A stretch of 62,054 nt of DNA, from positions 1 to 62,054 of the forward strand of contig DASWFN010000086.1 in assembly GCA_036394215.1 (NCBI GenBank), written 5' to 3'. This document shows, one piece after another, positions 61,151 to 62,054 of the stretch. The position numbers and the translations under genes were made by a program. The stretch comes from Candidatus Limnocylindria bacterium. GTDB lineage: Bacteria; Chloroflexota; Limnocylindria; P2-11E. Position 1 is the stretch's first letter. Every line of letters begins with the position of its first letter. Under the pieces are notes generated by a model. The model saw nothing but the letters and a program-made list of their open reading frames with translations. It was not told the origin of the DNA and did no database searches.

Positions 61151-62054
61151 CTAATTGCAGTCGGCGACCTTGCCGGCCGGGACGCCTTGGCAGAGATCCG
61201 CCTTGGTGATCCAGCCCGCGGTCAGAACGTCCTTCAGATTGTCCTTCGTGATCGGGTTCGGCTGCAGCAGGATCGAGTTCACGGTGTTCCCGCCCGGTGT
61301 CTTGAACGGGGCCGAGCCCGTGACCTTGGTGAGGTCCGCGTTCTTGCAGAGCTGCATCGCCGCGTCCCCGGCAGCCTTGCCGAGCGCGCGGGCGTCCTTC
61401 CAGACGTCCACGGTCTGGGTACCGAGCGCGACGCGGTTGAGGGCGGCCTTGTCGCCGTCCTGGCCGGACACCGGGATCTTCCCGGCGAGGCCCTGCGCCG
61501 TGAGCGCGGCCACCACGCCGCCAGCCATACCGTCGTTCTCGGACAGCACGGCGTCGACATTGTTCTTGTTGGCCGTCAGGAACTGCTCCATCTCGGTCTG
61601 GGCCTTGGCCGGGTCCCAGTTGTCGGTGTACGTCTCGCCGACGATCTTGATCGCGCCTGACTTCACGGCGTCGCCGATGACCTGGTCCATGCCGCCACGC
61701 AGGAAGTCGGCGTTCGCGTCAGCCTTGTTGCCCTTGATGATGACGTAGTTGCCCGTCGCCTTGACCTTGAACACGGCCTGGGCCTCGAGCTTGCCCACGA
61801 GGACGTTGTCGAAGGTGACGTAGAACGCCTTCGCGTCCTCGATGAGCCGGTCATACGCGATGACCGCGACGCCGTTCTGGATCGCCTTCGCGACCGCCGG
61901 CTTGATCGCGGTGCCGTCCTGGGCAAGGATGATGAGCACCTTCGCCCCTTGCGAGATCAGGTTGTCGACGTTGGTCGCCTGCGTCTCCGCCGATGACTTC
62001 GCGTCGTTCGAAACGTACTTCCCGCCAGCGGCTGCGATGGCCGCCTTGATCGCG
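61151..62054 (-). CDS. xylF: D-xylose/sugar ABC transporter substrate-binding protein (PBP1), 5' end beyond window
   Basis: The reading frame stays open to the window end (...AIKAAIAAAGGKYVSNDAKSSAETQATNVDNLISQGAKVLIILAQDGTAIKPAV...). The track start at 61939 is therefore internal. Confidence 0.85.
   Translation of the reverse strand, partial: AIKAAIAAAGGKYVSNDAKSSAETQATNVDNLISQGAKVLIILAQDGTAIKPAVAKAIQNGVAVIAYDRLIEDAKAFYVTFDNVLVGKLEAQAVFKVKATGNYVIIKGNKADANADFLRGGMDQVIGDAVKSGAIKIVGETYTDNWDPAKAQTEMEQFLTANKNNVDAVLSENDGMAGGVVAALTAQGLAGKIPVSGQDGDKAALNRVALGTQTVDVWKDARALGKAAGDAAMQLCKNADLTKVTGSAPFKTPGGNTVNSILLQPNPITKDNLKDVLTAGWITKADLCQGVPAGKVADCN

Noticed and set aside
1-62054. Search for mobile elements, prophage, toxin-antitoxin, restriction-modification or other defence modules
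   Set aside because: No transposase, integrase, recombinase, nuclease/helicase, methyltransferase or small paired toxin-like ORFs were recognisable. There are no terminal inverted or long direct repeats. Composition is uniform except for short AT-richer promoter islands.

Overview
This is a very GC-rich bacterial chromosomal segment of 62,054 bp (codon third positions are almost always G/C) with about 58 tightly packed protein genes. I recognised no rRNA, tRNA, CRISPR array, transposase, integrase or phage gene. The GC content fills the six-frame track with long Arg/Ala/Pro-rich shadow ORFs and 5' read-through extensions. I therefore re-set many starts by hand, frame-checked against the track, using domain boundaries, GGAGG-like ribosome-binding sites and the very frequent 4-nt ATGA/GTGA stop-start overlaps. 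Left end: csoR-copA copper efflux (copA is cut by the window edge and absent from the track), then an MFS-ferredoxin-P450 operon with a divergent GntR-SDR pair. About 5.4-40.5 kb: a block that looks like one catabolic supercluster for an aromatic or heteroaromatic carboxylate. It holds NitT/TauT-type ABC importers with three paralogous NMT1-like binding proteins (one frameshifted), two tandem bicupins, alpha/beta hydrolases, a cyclic amidohydrolase and an Fgd-like F420-dependent dehydrogenase. It also holds UbiX, a ThDP enzyme, a class II aldolase, a flavin reductase, a CoxS/M/G/L-type molybdenum hydroxylase, an aryl-CoA ligase, an orphan PaaA-like di-iron protein, a UbiD decarboxylase, a crotonase, an aldehyde dehydrogenase and three GntR regulators. 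A related AT-rich GGT-N3-AC operator-like motif recurs in its promoter regions. A LipJ-like hydrolase-cyclase fusion and a PD40-propeller/M23 peptidase are embedded in this block. Right third: ilvE-pheA behind a candidate Val-codon leader-peptide attenuator, a secreted helical protein, a DAG-kinase-like lipid kinase, a FecR-domain protein with 84-bp tandem repeats, and livJHMGF. It also contains an unusual DppB/DppC-type permease pair whose DppC half is fused to an extracytoplasmic PA/M28-like domain and coupled to a Kelch lipoprotein. The window ends with a xylose cluster: a small Cys/His protein, an aldose epimerase, class II xylA and convergent xylFGH, with xylF cut by the window end. The taxon cannot be fixed from sequence alone; Fgd, the LipJ-like cyclase and the GC content fit Actinomycetota- or Chloroflexota-like bacteria (inference).
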